A stretch of DNA of 63,273 nt, counting the filler, from Pelomyxa schiedti (Eukaryota > Protista > Evosea), in NCBI GenBank assembly GCA_020536535.1. It is 6 parts of 6 records of this genome, joined end to end, with 100 filler letters (N's around TTAATTAATTAA, not from the genome) between each part and the next. Parts side by side here need not be neighbours in the genome. Positions count along the whole stretch, not along the records: positions 1 to 31,380 come from JAHLWZ010001000.1; positions 31,481 to 53,442 come from JAHLWZ010001068.1; 4 more parts are not named here. One strand, given 5' to 3'. Made by a program: the position numbers and the translations under genes. Each line of letters begins with the position of its first letter. The stretch's first letter is position 1. The notes beneath the pieces were generated by a model that did not search any database, was not told the DNA's origin, and saw only the letters and a list, made by a program, of their open reading frames with translations. Of this stretch, positions 23,501-34,772 are shown in pieces.

Positions 23501-25914
23501 CCTTAATTGCACGGGAAGCAATTTCGGTGGTAAGGACCGCTTTAACAGATTCTTGCTTAGAAAGTTTCCATACTTCTCCCAGGTGCCGAGCATTAATCCC
23601 TATCAGCGATTGAGCGAAAGTGCCAAGGGAAGTTTTTGCATAGTTACCAGAGGCATGCATTTTTGGAACAAATGAGAGTGACAGTGGGTCGCTAGGCTTT
23701 ATAGAGGCATTCTCCGCATCCAGAGATTTAGCAAAATCAGGAATTACCTGTGAAAATAAGACAGAAAACATTTTTTCCATGATACAGTCTGGTGGAGCTC
23801 ATCAGAAATATCAATAATATCTTGGTTGCTCGCTTCTTCATTTTCATCAGACTTCCCAAATCTTGAAAAAGCATCTGATGATAGAGGTTTCTTGTAGGTC
23901 CGAACAAGTTCAGGCCGAAGTAAACGGTGAAGGTAGCACCCTGGTACTCTGTTGGTACCTTAAGAAAAGAATAGGGACCATTAGATGCTGTATACCCCGG
24001 TACAGTCTTCTCTGGAGGGAAAAGACGAGCCATATCAAGAACCTGGGAGGGAGGTCATTAAATAAACACGACTTAAGTCATACATAGTATCCATTGTCTG
24101 TCCCTTTATGTATTTCTACATCTGTGGGCCCGTATAAGTCTTGAAGTGGTCTCAAAGGTTTGTTACTGTATAATGATAAAACCAAGTTCTGACAAGTTTG
24201 TTATTTCCACACGTTTTGGGGTTCAGTTTCCCACATTTGTGCTTTTTCAGATTCAGTGTCTTACATATTTCTTCCATTGCTTTGTAGGCAACGGGGTCGT
24301 TATTTTTAACTATCTCCCCGCCGTCTGATGATCCATAAACCAGAGTTCTACAAAAATGTGGGTTGTAAAGTCATCAGAAGAGGATGTGTTTTCTTAATCC
24401 AAACTCACGATGAAGATATAGGGATTACAGAACAGGCTGTTAGGCGGTAGCCCAGATAATCTACCTTTTTGTTTCTTTAGTTCTAGTGAAAATATGGGAT
24501 TGCTACTAACAGTGGCCATTAGTGGCACCCGAATTTTGGAATCAGAAGCCTCAAAGAATCGCACACAACTCTGAGAACGATTAGATTCCTGTGAAATGTC
24601 CCACTATACCTTGAGTTCATGGCCAGCAGCTTTAGCAGCAAGGTCATCATCACCATTAAAAATGCCTTTATCATCGCGTGCGAATTTGAACAGGATTCCA
24701 TTAATTTTAAATTTCTTGTACGTTGTTAGTAATGTGAGGTGACTGAAGAGAGTTTCACCTCACCACCAGCATAGCCACCAACATCTGTTGGTAAAATAGA
24801 CTTCTCCTTCAAACTGAGAAACTTCTCCCCTGCACTTGTATTAACATAAGTAACCATAACTTTGCCCTTTACCAATAATAATTTTGCCATAAGACTGCGC
24901 TGCATATACGAAATCGACACTTACATCACGGATTGCAGTCCATGCACGAACTAGTGCTTCATGGTGAGTCAAAGTGTGAGAATGCCTTTCCCGTTTGCAT
25001 TGTTCAAGTTGATTCAGTGCATCCTATTTAATATGTAAAAGCCTGGAGCTAAACAACTAAGTTTCTTACTTGAAATCGCTTGTTCCATATTGTATGCGGC
25101 GCTATTGAAAAGTGAACAAAACAGATAAGAAGTGAATGCCAACAAACCTGTTGTCATTTCTTCAGTGGGTGACGGTGTAACTGAAACGGTAGGTGTAATT
25201 TTTACTGTATTAGCTGCTGTAGGTTCGGGCTTAGCCACCTTTGCGTCAATTGGGGACGGCGCAGGCTCGACCTTTGTTGTAACCTCATTAGCAGGTACTA
25301 CAGGGGAATTGGCTTTTGCAGGGGAGCTCGAAGTTGCAATATCGTCATCATATATTCCGGAGTCTGCCCCTCTTGGTGATAGTCCCCTGGGGCTTAAAAA
25401 GGAGTTTCCTGTACTGCTCCTTGATGGAATATTTGCATCATACATGCACCCAGCTCCCAATCCACTTGGAACCGCAGAGTTCGAATCCACATCGTACATT
25501 ATTCCACCACTACTAGAGACTCCAGTAGTCACAGAAGTAACAGGGGGAGTGGTAGTATCGCTCTGAGGAATGACCAAGTCATCATACACGCCGATACATG
25601 CACCACTACTGGCCGAGGGACTGCCAGGGAATGCAGTGGGGCTCTCAACCCTATGCAACATTGATGAAGTCACAGTTGCAGGCACATCGTCGTCATAAGG
25701 GCATGTGGCCCCACCATTGTTGTTAGTAGTGACAGTAATACTAGGTGTTGGAATTGGTGTGTCTGGGTCATATTGTCCTGCTGTTTTATGTTATAGTGAA
25801 TACAGGCAGAACAAAGGAATAACCGAAACTAACAAAACGAAATCGTATTAATGCCTTTGAAAATAAAATCCGAAAAACTAAAGGGAAAAAAAAAAGGGAG
25901 GGGACTGTACCCAT
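20599..25914 (-). CDS. Clu (clustered-mitochondria-like) domain protein with C-terminal WD40 repeats
   Basis: DFVYAAQSYGKIII, GGYAGGE, ILFKFARD..AAKAAGHELK, VDYLGYRL, YGPTDVEIHKGTD, ARLFPPE and GINARHLG; then WD40 motifs GGSDGLRLWDL, GYEDGSIR|LF and GHASAVTCM..TGSTDGTLRVWDL. Probable 4-nt first coding exon ATGG at 25914-25911. Confidence 0.8.
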
Positions 25915-25981
25915 TATTTTGCGTTTTCACGGCCAACGATACGTCGTCGATCCTTCAGAGTTATACGAAATCAAGGAGAAA

Positions 25982-28900
25982 CTATTCTTGGAAGACAAAA
26001 GTTTCGATGATCAAGTTTAGAGAAGGGAGTGTGTGCCTATCATTTCTGGCCTGGGTTCTATTTACTATCTCGGTGGTGGGTACTTAGTTACTTACAGTGA
26101 GTTGTGGGGTGTTGGTGCTGGCGTTGTTGGTGTGAGTAGTGATGGTGGTTGTTTGCTGGCGAGAAGTAGGTTCAGTTTGGGTACATGGAGTCTCTCCTGT
26201 TTGTTGGTAGTGCTGGTTGTGAGCCTGCTGTGTGGTTTCCTGTTGGTTGAGGGTGATGTTATTGTGATAGTGATTTCTGTTGGTGTTGCGGAGATAGACT
26301 TGGGGAGAGGGGTGGTGGTGGTGCTATTTGATACAATCGCGGCGAATGCGGCGATGTCAGTGCATAGTTCTGTGTTGATTTTTGTGGGGTTGGCATTGAG
26401 GGGTGAATCATGGTTACTGATTAGGCCATAATCGGTAATGAATGCACGCCCCACAACCATTGCGATGGTGTGGCTGTCATAGACAGGTGGGGCTGCTATT
26501 ACCGGCACATGCGGTGTGTGTTGTGTGGAATCGGGGGTTGTTGTTTTTGAGTCCGGTGTGCATTGCTGTGGTAACGGGGGTGATTGTTGCTGTTGTTGAA
26601 TGAGAGCGGAGATATAGGGTGAGAAGGCAGATATAACTTTCGGTAAGTGCGGAATCCACACGGTAAGGTTGGAGGTCGACGGTGTTGTGGCAGTAGTTGT
26701 GTATGAAACCCATATGTTACTGAGATGATGTGGTGATGAGATGTCTTTTGTGGGTTCCCAGTTAGGGAACTTCCACACTGCAGGTGTGTTTGGTTTTGGT
26801 GAGTCGTACTCCAAATACTGTGTGTTGACTTGCACGCCAGAATGGAATCTCTCCTTTTGGCCATCTACATTCTTGTTAGTTGTGTCTGGAGGAAAGTGGC
26901 ATTTACGCACTGCATCCAGGAATTAAGGCCAAGAACTCATCCGTTTCATCTCCTTGCTTAATCTCTACAACACTAGTTGCCTTTAGGTATCTGGGAGAGA
27001 TGTGAATACTCAATAAAGGTGCTGTTGGACAAACCTTACAATCTGAGAAGTAACTTTCCGTAGCCCTGGTATTAGAAACGGTCTACAGTTTGCACCGATC
27101 CAAGAAAAAACCATTCCCTCCTTCGCATTATGCAGGACAAAACACGCTCTGGGGTCAAATGAGCTCATAGAGAAGTCATCAACGTGTTTTCCGACCAGAA
27201 GGGCTTTGTGTAAGCTAGCATACTGGGGCACAATCCTACCACGAAATTAGACATCAGCAAAGGTAGGTAGGATACCTGTATAGTCTGCAAATACCCTTCG
27301 CTGAGTCCAGGTGAAGAATGGAATTCCAAAGTAACAATCTGTCACAAAACCCTCCATGAGGACTGACAATGACCCGCTTCTCCCTGACGAATTCGTGTGC
27401 AGTCCGGAAGTCCTGATCCAACTTCCATATAGCATAGCTCATTAACATGGATGCAGACCGAGATGCTCCAGCCTGCAGAAATTATTCTTCATCTAAGGAA
27501 AAGGCGAATCAGGAGATATACATGACAATGTATTAAAGCTTTTCCGTTTTGCTTCTCTACGTTTTCTATCCATTCGATAACCTTGGAAGTGTTACAAGGA
27601 ATAAAATATGGGAACACTCACATCCAAGAAAAGGGGGTGTATGTCTTCATTGCAACTATCATGCAACGCAAGAGTCCAATAATTGAACAACCCCGGAAAG
27701 TGGTTATCACAGCTGGATGCGGCGCAGTTCATGATGTGCGTGATGCCTAAACTTTCAAGTTGACCTTGATTGCTGGTGGGAATGGCTCCAGATAAGAAGA
27801 TTCGAGGTAGAATCGGACATATCTGAATTATCAAGTAAGTATTCCGAAGGAAAGCTCAAGGCTTACTGTTTCAAGACATTTCCTATATGTTGTTCCAGAG
27901 ATGTAACCTTCGATTGCCTCATCATCTTCATCTACTGCCCATTGTGAGGATGCCACGGAGACTCTGAGAGTTCCGGCACAGCTTCCTTCTTCTAGAATGC
28001 ACGTAGTGCTACTCTCGCTGATACTTGATCTGGGAGTTGCCTCTACCTCTGGCCCGTCATACTCCAAGTCGTCGAAGTAAAGCCACTCCATATCATCTTC
28101 CTCAGTAGCATGGCTCGACCCTGAGGTAGTGGGAGCTTTTGTGATATTTGAATCAGGTTTTGTGAGAATTTCCGGTAGGGTAGGCCTGGTTCGGCCCCTA
28201 GGTGCTTGTGGTGGTTCGTCAACTCCACTTCCAAATCCTCCACCATCAACTACAACAATCCCGCCACCTGCGTCTCCCCTTGGACCTCTTGGTGCGCATA
28301 GAGGTTGGCTGTAGGGTAGACTCTGAGCTATCTTCAGGTTTAGAAGAGGGATTGTAGGTCCTTTGGGGGATGTTGTAGGTAGCTTCAATGAAGGGAGGTT
28401 TGAGTTGAGACCACCAAGGGAAAGCTTAGGAAGGGGAGGCTTTCTGAGCGTAATGGTAGGATTTGATGGAGGCTGCACAGAAATGGAATCTTTCGTAGGT
28501 GGCACAGAAACTGTAGAACATTTTGCATCAGTGCTTGGTTCCTGTTGTGCGATAGAGGGAATTTGAAGGGTTGGTAGTTTTACTTTTGGAAGTTTTACAC
28601 TGGCGTTGGCGGTAAGAAGGTTTCTTGGAGATAATGGAGGATTACTCGGCGAAGCTGAACGAGGTAATAGACTAAGTGAACTTGTGTTGCCAGGCGAGGA
28701 TGGTCGAAGCCCAGAATATAAATTTAAGGCAGGCATGGAATTCACTGGAGGAACATTTGTGTTGGTTTCAGAAGTTGAACTGACAGAAATCAGAGGAATG
28801 ACAAGTTTCGGCACAAAGAAAGGCTTTTGTTGCGGTTGTACTTGCGATTGTGGCTGCGGAAGTGATTGGGGCGGCTGTGCCTGTGGCGCATCTCCCGTTT

Positions 28901-30687
28901 CCAAATTAAGAGAAATACTTGGGATGGGTGGCCTTTTTGGAAGGGGAATGGAGTTTATTGTAATGGTGGGTGCTGCGTGCTTTGGGCTAAGTGGTGCGGG
29001 TTGGGTAACAGCATTCGAGTCTTCTTCTTTTGCGGTCTTAGGTATTTGCAATGGAGGAATCCCACACTTCTTCACAGGGTTGGAAGATGCAGATTTCGGT
29101 TGCAGACTGATTGTGGGAGTGGGAGTGGAAATTGCTGGAACCGAAGGTGGAGATGTTGAACTGTGTCTTCTTGTGACTGCTGGTTGCGGATTGGGAAGTG
29201 GAGTCTTTTTCTTCTGAACAATGACGCGCCACACTCCCTCATTCTCATTGGCAATGGTCTTTTTATCCCGTACTGAAATTAAGGCAATATGCTCACCACT
29301 GGGATGCCGAGTTACAGTATTTCTGGGTGGCAAGCTTAACTTGTACGCCAAAGTTGAGATGGTTGTTGGTACTGGTGGAAATTTGGGAGGACTATCTAAC
29401 ACAATAGGAATTGCACCAGCTTTGACCAATTTTCTAAGTAGAAGCAGTGCAGGACAGTTGCGGCCATCGCATTTCCTAATTCCTGAACGGTCACATGGAA
29501 CATGTCCATTATTTGCACCTATAGTACAACAGCATTCGTCCTCTCCTCCACCAAGTAAGTGTTCCAACTGGAAAGCACGAGCTGTACAAACGGAACGTGT
29601 ATTAGCCGAAGCATTTGTACCGTTCCACAAGTAAATATGCACCGTTGTGTTATGCGGGGTGTTCAATTGATGATGCAATTGAGTGGCAGAAGTTGGTTGG
29701 TGGTGGCGGTGAGGTATGTGCGCGAAGGAGTGCCGGAGACTCCTGGCTGTGAGTGTAGTGTAAGCTGATTCAAGAAGGGATTGAAGATGAAGTGCTGTTG
29801 GTTGCACTGTGGGGGAGTTCTTATTTCGGGAGTTAATGAGCGTTTGAGAGTTTTCGTTTGGTTCCAGGGAAGAACTAATGTAAACAGCGATGTAGGACTC
29901 GTCTTGGCGAAATACAGGGAAAGAGTGAAGGAATGTCGAAGTGATCCGCACAGGAAGTAGTGGCGAGATACCAGATAAAGAAGAGGCATTTCCTTGCGGA
30001 GAGAATTTCCATAAGTAAACATAGTTATGCTTTGTAGTACTGCCCACGAGTAAGTCGTCCACGGTACGTTCTAAGTCGGAAATAAAATCAGTATCTCAAA
30101 TACAAGATAGCGTTTTGAGGATAAGTACCATCGGCCAGGCAGTTTCTGACAATGGACTCCAAGTCAATCCCAGCCTGCACATCTTCCTCAATCTTATTAG
30201 TATCCAACCCGCCGTTATCACTCTCAACAACACCAACACCGCCACCAGGAATAAAAATTCCCCTCAAAGCAGCAGTTGCACCGCTGCAGCTTGGCGTAGT
30301 ACCCGTGGCATTAGTGCCCGGACACCCGATCCCTCCGCTGTCATCATTATCGCCGCGGCCCGTGTCCCCCCCGGCCCGCCGCCCCTGCGGTTGCGGCTGC
30401 GGTTGCGGCTGCGGCTGAGGCTGCGGGTGGATGCCGGGGGACGGGAACGAGAGCAGAGACGGCGACGTGGGGGGCGAGGGCGAGGGCGAAGGGGACAGCG
30501 AGGGCGGCGACCGAGGCGGCGGCTGTGGGTTCGCCATGTTGGTGTTGTTGGAGCTGTAGGCGTAGTCAGCGGGCACCCCGGGGTTGGGGTCGTGGTCCGC
30601 TGGGGGATTCAGTTGAGTGCCGGGTTCGTGCAATACGTCATTGTGGGACCCCTCCATTGGATTGGGTGTAACGAGTACTGCTGCCAT
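25982..30687 (-). CDS. Dual-specificity (MAPK-type) phosphatase with gelsolin-like domains and a long Pro/Ser-rich linker
   Basis: RIFLSG..LGITHIMNC..LHD..LIHCH|AGASRSAS (CX5R)..R..VSPHGGF. A gelsolin-like FDPRACFVLH..VFSWIG follows it, and a second gelsolin-like DESYIAVY..HIYLWNG lies N-terminal. Confidence 0.85.
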
Positions 30688-30882
30688 TGCGTTGCTGTGT
30701 CGTGTTGTTGTACAAACAAAAAAGAAAAAAGCAACCAACTCGTTTTAGGGGAATGGTGGCCTTGTAAGATTGTCCGAAAAGAACCTTATTCAACAGTTTT
30801 CCTCATTGACGATAAAGATTCACTTTCACCCCACCGTGAGTGAACAGGAGAATTTCCTGTAGCTGTTTCTCTTTCTCTGGTA

Positions 30883-31380
30883 CTACTCCCCTTCCTTTTT
30901 CTTTTTGGGAGTGGGAACACACTTTCGGGCCCATAATCTGGTCTCGTTGTAGGGTTCAACCAGGGGAGGTGGTAGCTCCGTGATGAGTCGTACCATCTTC
31001 TCCAGTGTGATGCCGTGGTTCCTCATCGCATACTCGATGTGGATGGGTGACGTCAGCAGTGCACGCCTCAGCTTGCCATTCAGAATATTATCTGCTGTGA
31101 TACTCGGAAACACTCGCAGCAGCATCTTCCACACTGGGAAGGGCATGGTCCAACAATCAGGTAGCTATATTTGTTGTGGAATGAGATTGCAGAGGGGATG
31201 GGTTTTGAAACAAAAACCTCAGTATAAGTCACATGAAAGTAGTTGATAAACCACTCCGTCAGAGTAAAACACGACATTAATGAGATGCTCTTTGCTGCCA
31301 TGTTCCTCAGTTACATTTGCCTCATAACACAAGCGTTTGATTACTTTTGTGCAACGGAAATCTCCAGGAAATGATCCAAG
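30883..31380 (-). CDS. 3' fragment (contig end) of a lineage-specific helical-repeat family Y protein, possibly frameshifted
   Basis: TEWFINYFHV..WKMLLRVFPSITAD..TSPIHIEYAMRNHG resembles CAQWLLYYFDV..WQIILARYPTIDVA..MSPHVAMYTRHKYG of the 60883-63181 gene. The homologous segments appear to switch frame near 31300. Confidence 0.55.
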
Positions 31381-31480
31381 NNNNNNNNNNNNNNNNNNNN
31401 NNNNNNNNNNNNNNNNNNNNNNNNTTAATTAATTAANNNNNNNNNNNNNNNNNNNNNNNNNNNNNNNNNNNNNNNNNNNN
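31381..31480. other. Artificial contig linker (N45-TTAATTAATTAA-N)
   Basis: All-frame stop spacer embedded in Ns. Confidence 0.97.
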
Positions 31481-31899
31481 TATGTTTCAAAGAAAAATTG
31501 GTATTAATATTAAAGGTATTGTTCCAACAGCTCTTAGCTTTAGATCATAGTTCCTATGGGATCCTTTTTTGTTGGTTTTGTTCCACTCTCTTTGTATCAT
31601 AACTAGGAAATGGTCCTCCACTTCTGAATTGAAGCAGCCTGGTCCAACTTTCAGTCTTGAGATGTGTGAGTTATTTGTTTGATTGTTTGTTAATCTCACA
31701 TGTTTTTTAGATGGACAGCACCTTCTGGTGTTTGCCTGGTCATCTGGCCATCCAGCTGCTCATGTTCAGTTCCCACAGCGGCGCCCTGGCGCCTTAAAAT
31801 TCCTGGCCGTCCCGCCGCGGCTCCGGCATGCACCCCCACGTGTACCACCACCGTCTGTTCCTCCTGCGAAATTCTCGTGTGACTGCGACAGCACCTTCT

Positions 31900-32260
31900 G
31901 GTGTTGTTGAAAGCTATGCCAAGAACCATGCCTCTCTGTGTGTAGTAGTTACCTATAATTTTAAGCAAAAAGGTGTGTTGCATTTTATGGCAGTTTGAAG
32001 CCAAATGAAGGCCAAGAGTCATTGAGACACTGAGAGAATGCCAAAGCGGTGGTCTTATATCATTTCAATGCAATGTTCATTGAAGCCTTTATTGGGGGGA
32101 GTTCCCAAAGACTGGCCAGACACAGTTCCGTAAAGAACTCTGGTTTTTTTTGCCGGCCACACTTATGGGATTGAATATTTTGCAGATCTTCCACAGCCTG
32201 TGTGTCCAGTAGTTTCCAGCTCTGAGTGAAGTGCCCAAGTGAGTCAGGGTTGCCAACCTT
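31900..32260 (+). pseudogene. Decayed paralogue of the 34215-34703 ORF
   Basis: GAAGGCCAAGAGTCATTGAGACA..GCCAAAG..GTGGTCTTA.ATCATT.CAATGCAA.GTTCATTG recurs at about 34480-34560. This copy has in-frame stops (EGQESLRH*ENAKAVVLYHFNAMFI). Confidence 0.65.
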
Positions 32261-32469
32261 GCAGATTTATTTGACACAGACGGAAATAACGACGGCAACG
32301 CGGAAACACTGATAGCTCCCCACCCTGGCCTCCTGTGGGTGCCAAATGCCACTGAGGCACAATTGAATTTGAACAATAAATATACAGTAAAAAGTGCAAT
32401 TGTATTTCAACAAGGACAACTGGTACCATATGGATTTCTTTGGTCCAATGTGGCAGTCGCTGCAGCTAT

Positions 32470-33670
32470 TAGCAGCTTTGCCTATCACTGCACGCAAGGA
32501 TTTCCCACTTCGTGACATAAGTTAGTCCTTCACCTCCCTTGGTATTGACAAGCATGATATGTTCCCCCAAATGTTGTAATGAATGAACTGTGATCACTTG
32601 TTGGGGTTTCATGCAAGCGTTTAAGTCGGCCCAGCCTGTCTGTGGAATATGAGATCCCCACTCCAAGTGTGATTTGTTGGTACCTTCAGTTTAGTCATCA
32701 TTGTAGACATGTCAGAATACTATTCAAAGAGCACGAAGAGTTTATTGGGAAGTACTTGGAGATGGAGACGGAACAGCCACTCTAACTAACTCTGTTGGGG
32801 TTCCCAAATTCCGTAAAGATGTTATTGAGTGCCACCCCGGGACTCCTTTGAGTATGGTCTTACCAAGCCCCAGAATATTGGCAAATACTTGATTTATGTT
32901 TTAAATATTGGCATACATCTCACATAATCCCTTCATTGACTCGAAGCCTTGTATCAGAAGGCTCGACATCAATTTTTTCCTGTTGCTCATGAGAAAAGCC
33001 CATTATGAAATTGGGAGAACCTGCTATAGCATTCATCACTAAGCCTTCCGCAAATGTGGAAAGGATAACAGGAGGCCTTGTGATTTCTGAAAGAAATAAA
33101 TGACTCTGTTCAGACTTTTAAGTTTCAAACAGAGGAAGCTGAACAACTAGAACTAATACTTTCCAAAAGCAACTCCAAAGTCGTGGGACTATGGTCTTCC
33201 AATATTCGAACTCTAAACATCTTTCCAGCAGCACAATTAGTGTCAGGTATGGATCTGTCACTGCCTTGGGCCAACTGTTGCTCCAGTTTCCTCCTGTATT
33301 ATGTGTTGTCAGTGATGCTACGATGTATATGTTTCTAACCTGTCTAGTTCTCTTGACTTATCCAGCTGCAGACACTCAAAAATCTTTTCACCCCGGACTT
33401 GCCTCTATACACGGCTCCAAGAAGATCGTTTTTATCATAGTGAATTTCAGATCTAGCATAAACAAATGTATTGCCTCGGGGTGCCAGTGCCACTTGCCAC
33501 ATTTGCTGTTTGATGTGGTTAAGGAAGAGCGGCAGTAAGATAAGGTTGACTGGCGAAACAAACTGTTCTCAACTGCTCTCTGAACAGAGCGGGGTGAGTG
33601 GTGGGTGGTGATGGTACCACATCCTCCATGTGACAGGACATCCTTCTCCTCAACCTCAACCACGCCGGTG
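32470..33670 (-). pseudogene. Possible highly decayed protein-kinase (TKL-like) remnant
   Basis: Only fragments in different frames with many stops: VEEKDVLSHGGCGTI, IHYDKNDLLGAVYRGK and ANILGLGKT..SLRNLGT. No intact HRD or DFG. Confidence 0.25.
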
Positions 33671-34089
33671 TTAAACAAAAACAACACGCCGAGGGAGATC
33701 CCGAGCCAGCTCGCTCCAGAGCTTATGGATCGTAAAATACGCTGATGGCATATTTGTTGGTTTGGTGCTTGTGATGTCAACGTTGTTGTCGCTCGACGCA
33801 CCCTTCGTAGTTCGTTCCTTGTTTTTGGAGTTGCCCAGATTTTTACGAAATCGGCTGCTCAGTCCCAGATTTTGGCTCGCTCCATTTGGAGTACTGCACT
33901 GCAGTTCCGCTTCTGACCTCCATTAGGTTCCATACATGGAGTTGCCAATGATCCACGTGCTTTACAAAATGAATAAACTATTTGTAAACTTACAAATGGT
34001 GAATCTCACTCATACACAGCTTCTGATTTTATCTTTCTCCAATGATAAGGTGCAGAGATTTATGTATTCATCATACAATACAGCAGGTG

Positions 34090-34160
34090 ATATTATATTA
34101 TAATTATTATAATATCTATCTATTATTATAATATTAATTATTAATATTATATTATTATTA
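34090..34160. repeat. Almost pure AT low-complexity tract (TTA/TAT/ATA)
   Basis: About 70 bp with only two C residues. Confidence 0.85.
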
Positions 34161-34214
34161 GAACAGCCAGAAGCCTAAATAATCACTGAAGCAGACATTT
34201 CCGGCACTGGCAGC

Positions 34215-34703
34215 GTGCATACTACAACAGGATTAGCGCGCCATTGGAACCTTGTGTTGGGAGCTGGTTACCACTGGCGCCACAGCTACGGATGCTGCCG
34301 TCCAGGTGCCCACAGCATCCCCAGCCACCACCCCAACGCCAACGCGCCAGCCATAGCTCCCCGGCAGCCTCTGGCCGACCGTGGCCTGCGCTGGCGTTAT
34401 TATGATGACTGCAAAAAATTTTCCCCCACTTTTTTCCAGCAAAAACCGTGTGGGACCTGGGCTGCTTTTTATGCCAATAAAGGCCAAGAGTCATTGAGAC
34501 ATTGTTTGAAAGCCAAAGATGTGGTCTTACATCATTGCAATGCAACGTTCATTGCAACCATTATTGGGCTTTTAAGCGAACTACAAGCAAAACATTTTCG
34601 TTTTGACCCTGCTGTTTTTCCCCCCACAAAACTTATGGGTAGTTTTGACCTTTGTAGCTGTTCTCTCAGCTGCCCCTTTGGGTTTGTGGGGGATACTTGT
34701 TGA
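34215..34703 (+). CDS. Short hypothetical protein or gene relic (paralogue of 31900-32260)
   Basis: 162-codon ORF with a GTG start. Nucleotide similarity to the upstream relic. No recognisable domain. Confidence 0.35.
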   Translation: MHTTTGLARHWNLVLGAGYHWRHSYGCCRPGAHSIPSHHPNANAPAIAPRQPLADRGLRWRYYDDCKKFSPTFFQQKPCGTWAAFYANKGQESLRHCLKAKDVVLHHCNATFIATIIGLLSELQAKHFRFDPAVFPPTKLMGSFDLCSCSLSCPFGFVGDTC

Positions 34704-34772
34704 TACAGACAAAGTACACGACTGTCATTATGATGATTGTGTGTGGTGGCTAGTGTGCCTATGGATGACGGA

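Noticed and set aside
24900-24925. Ultra-short 25-nt GT-AG intron in the Clu gene
   Set aside because: The unspliced frame reads the conserved DVSVDFVYAAQSYGKII, so it is exon.
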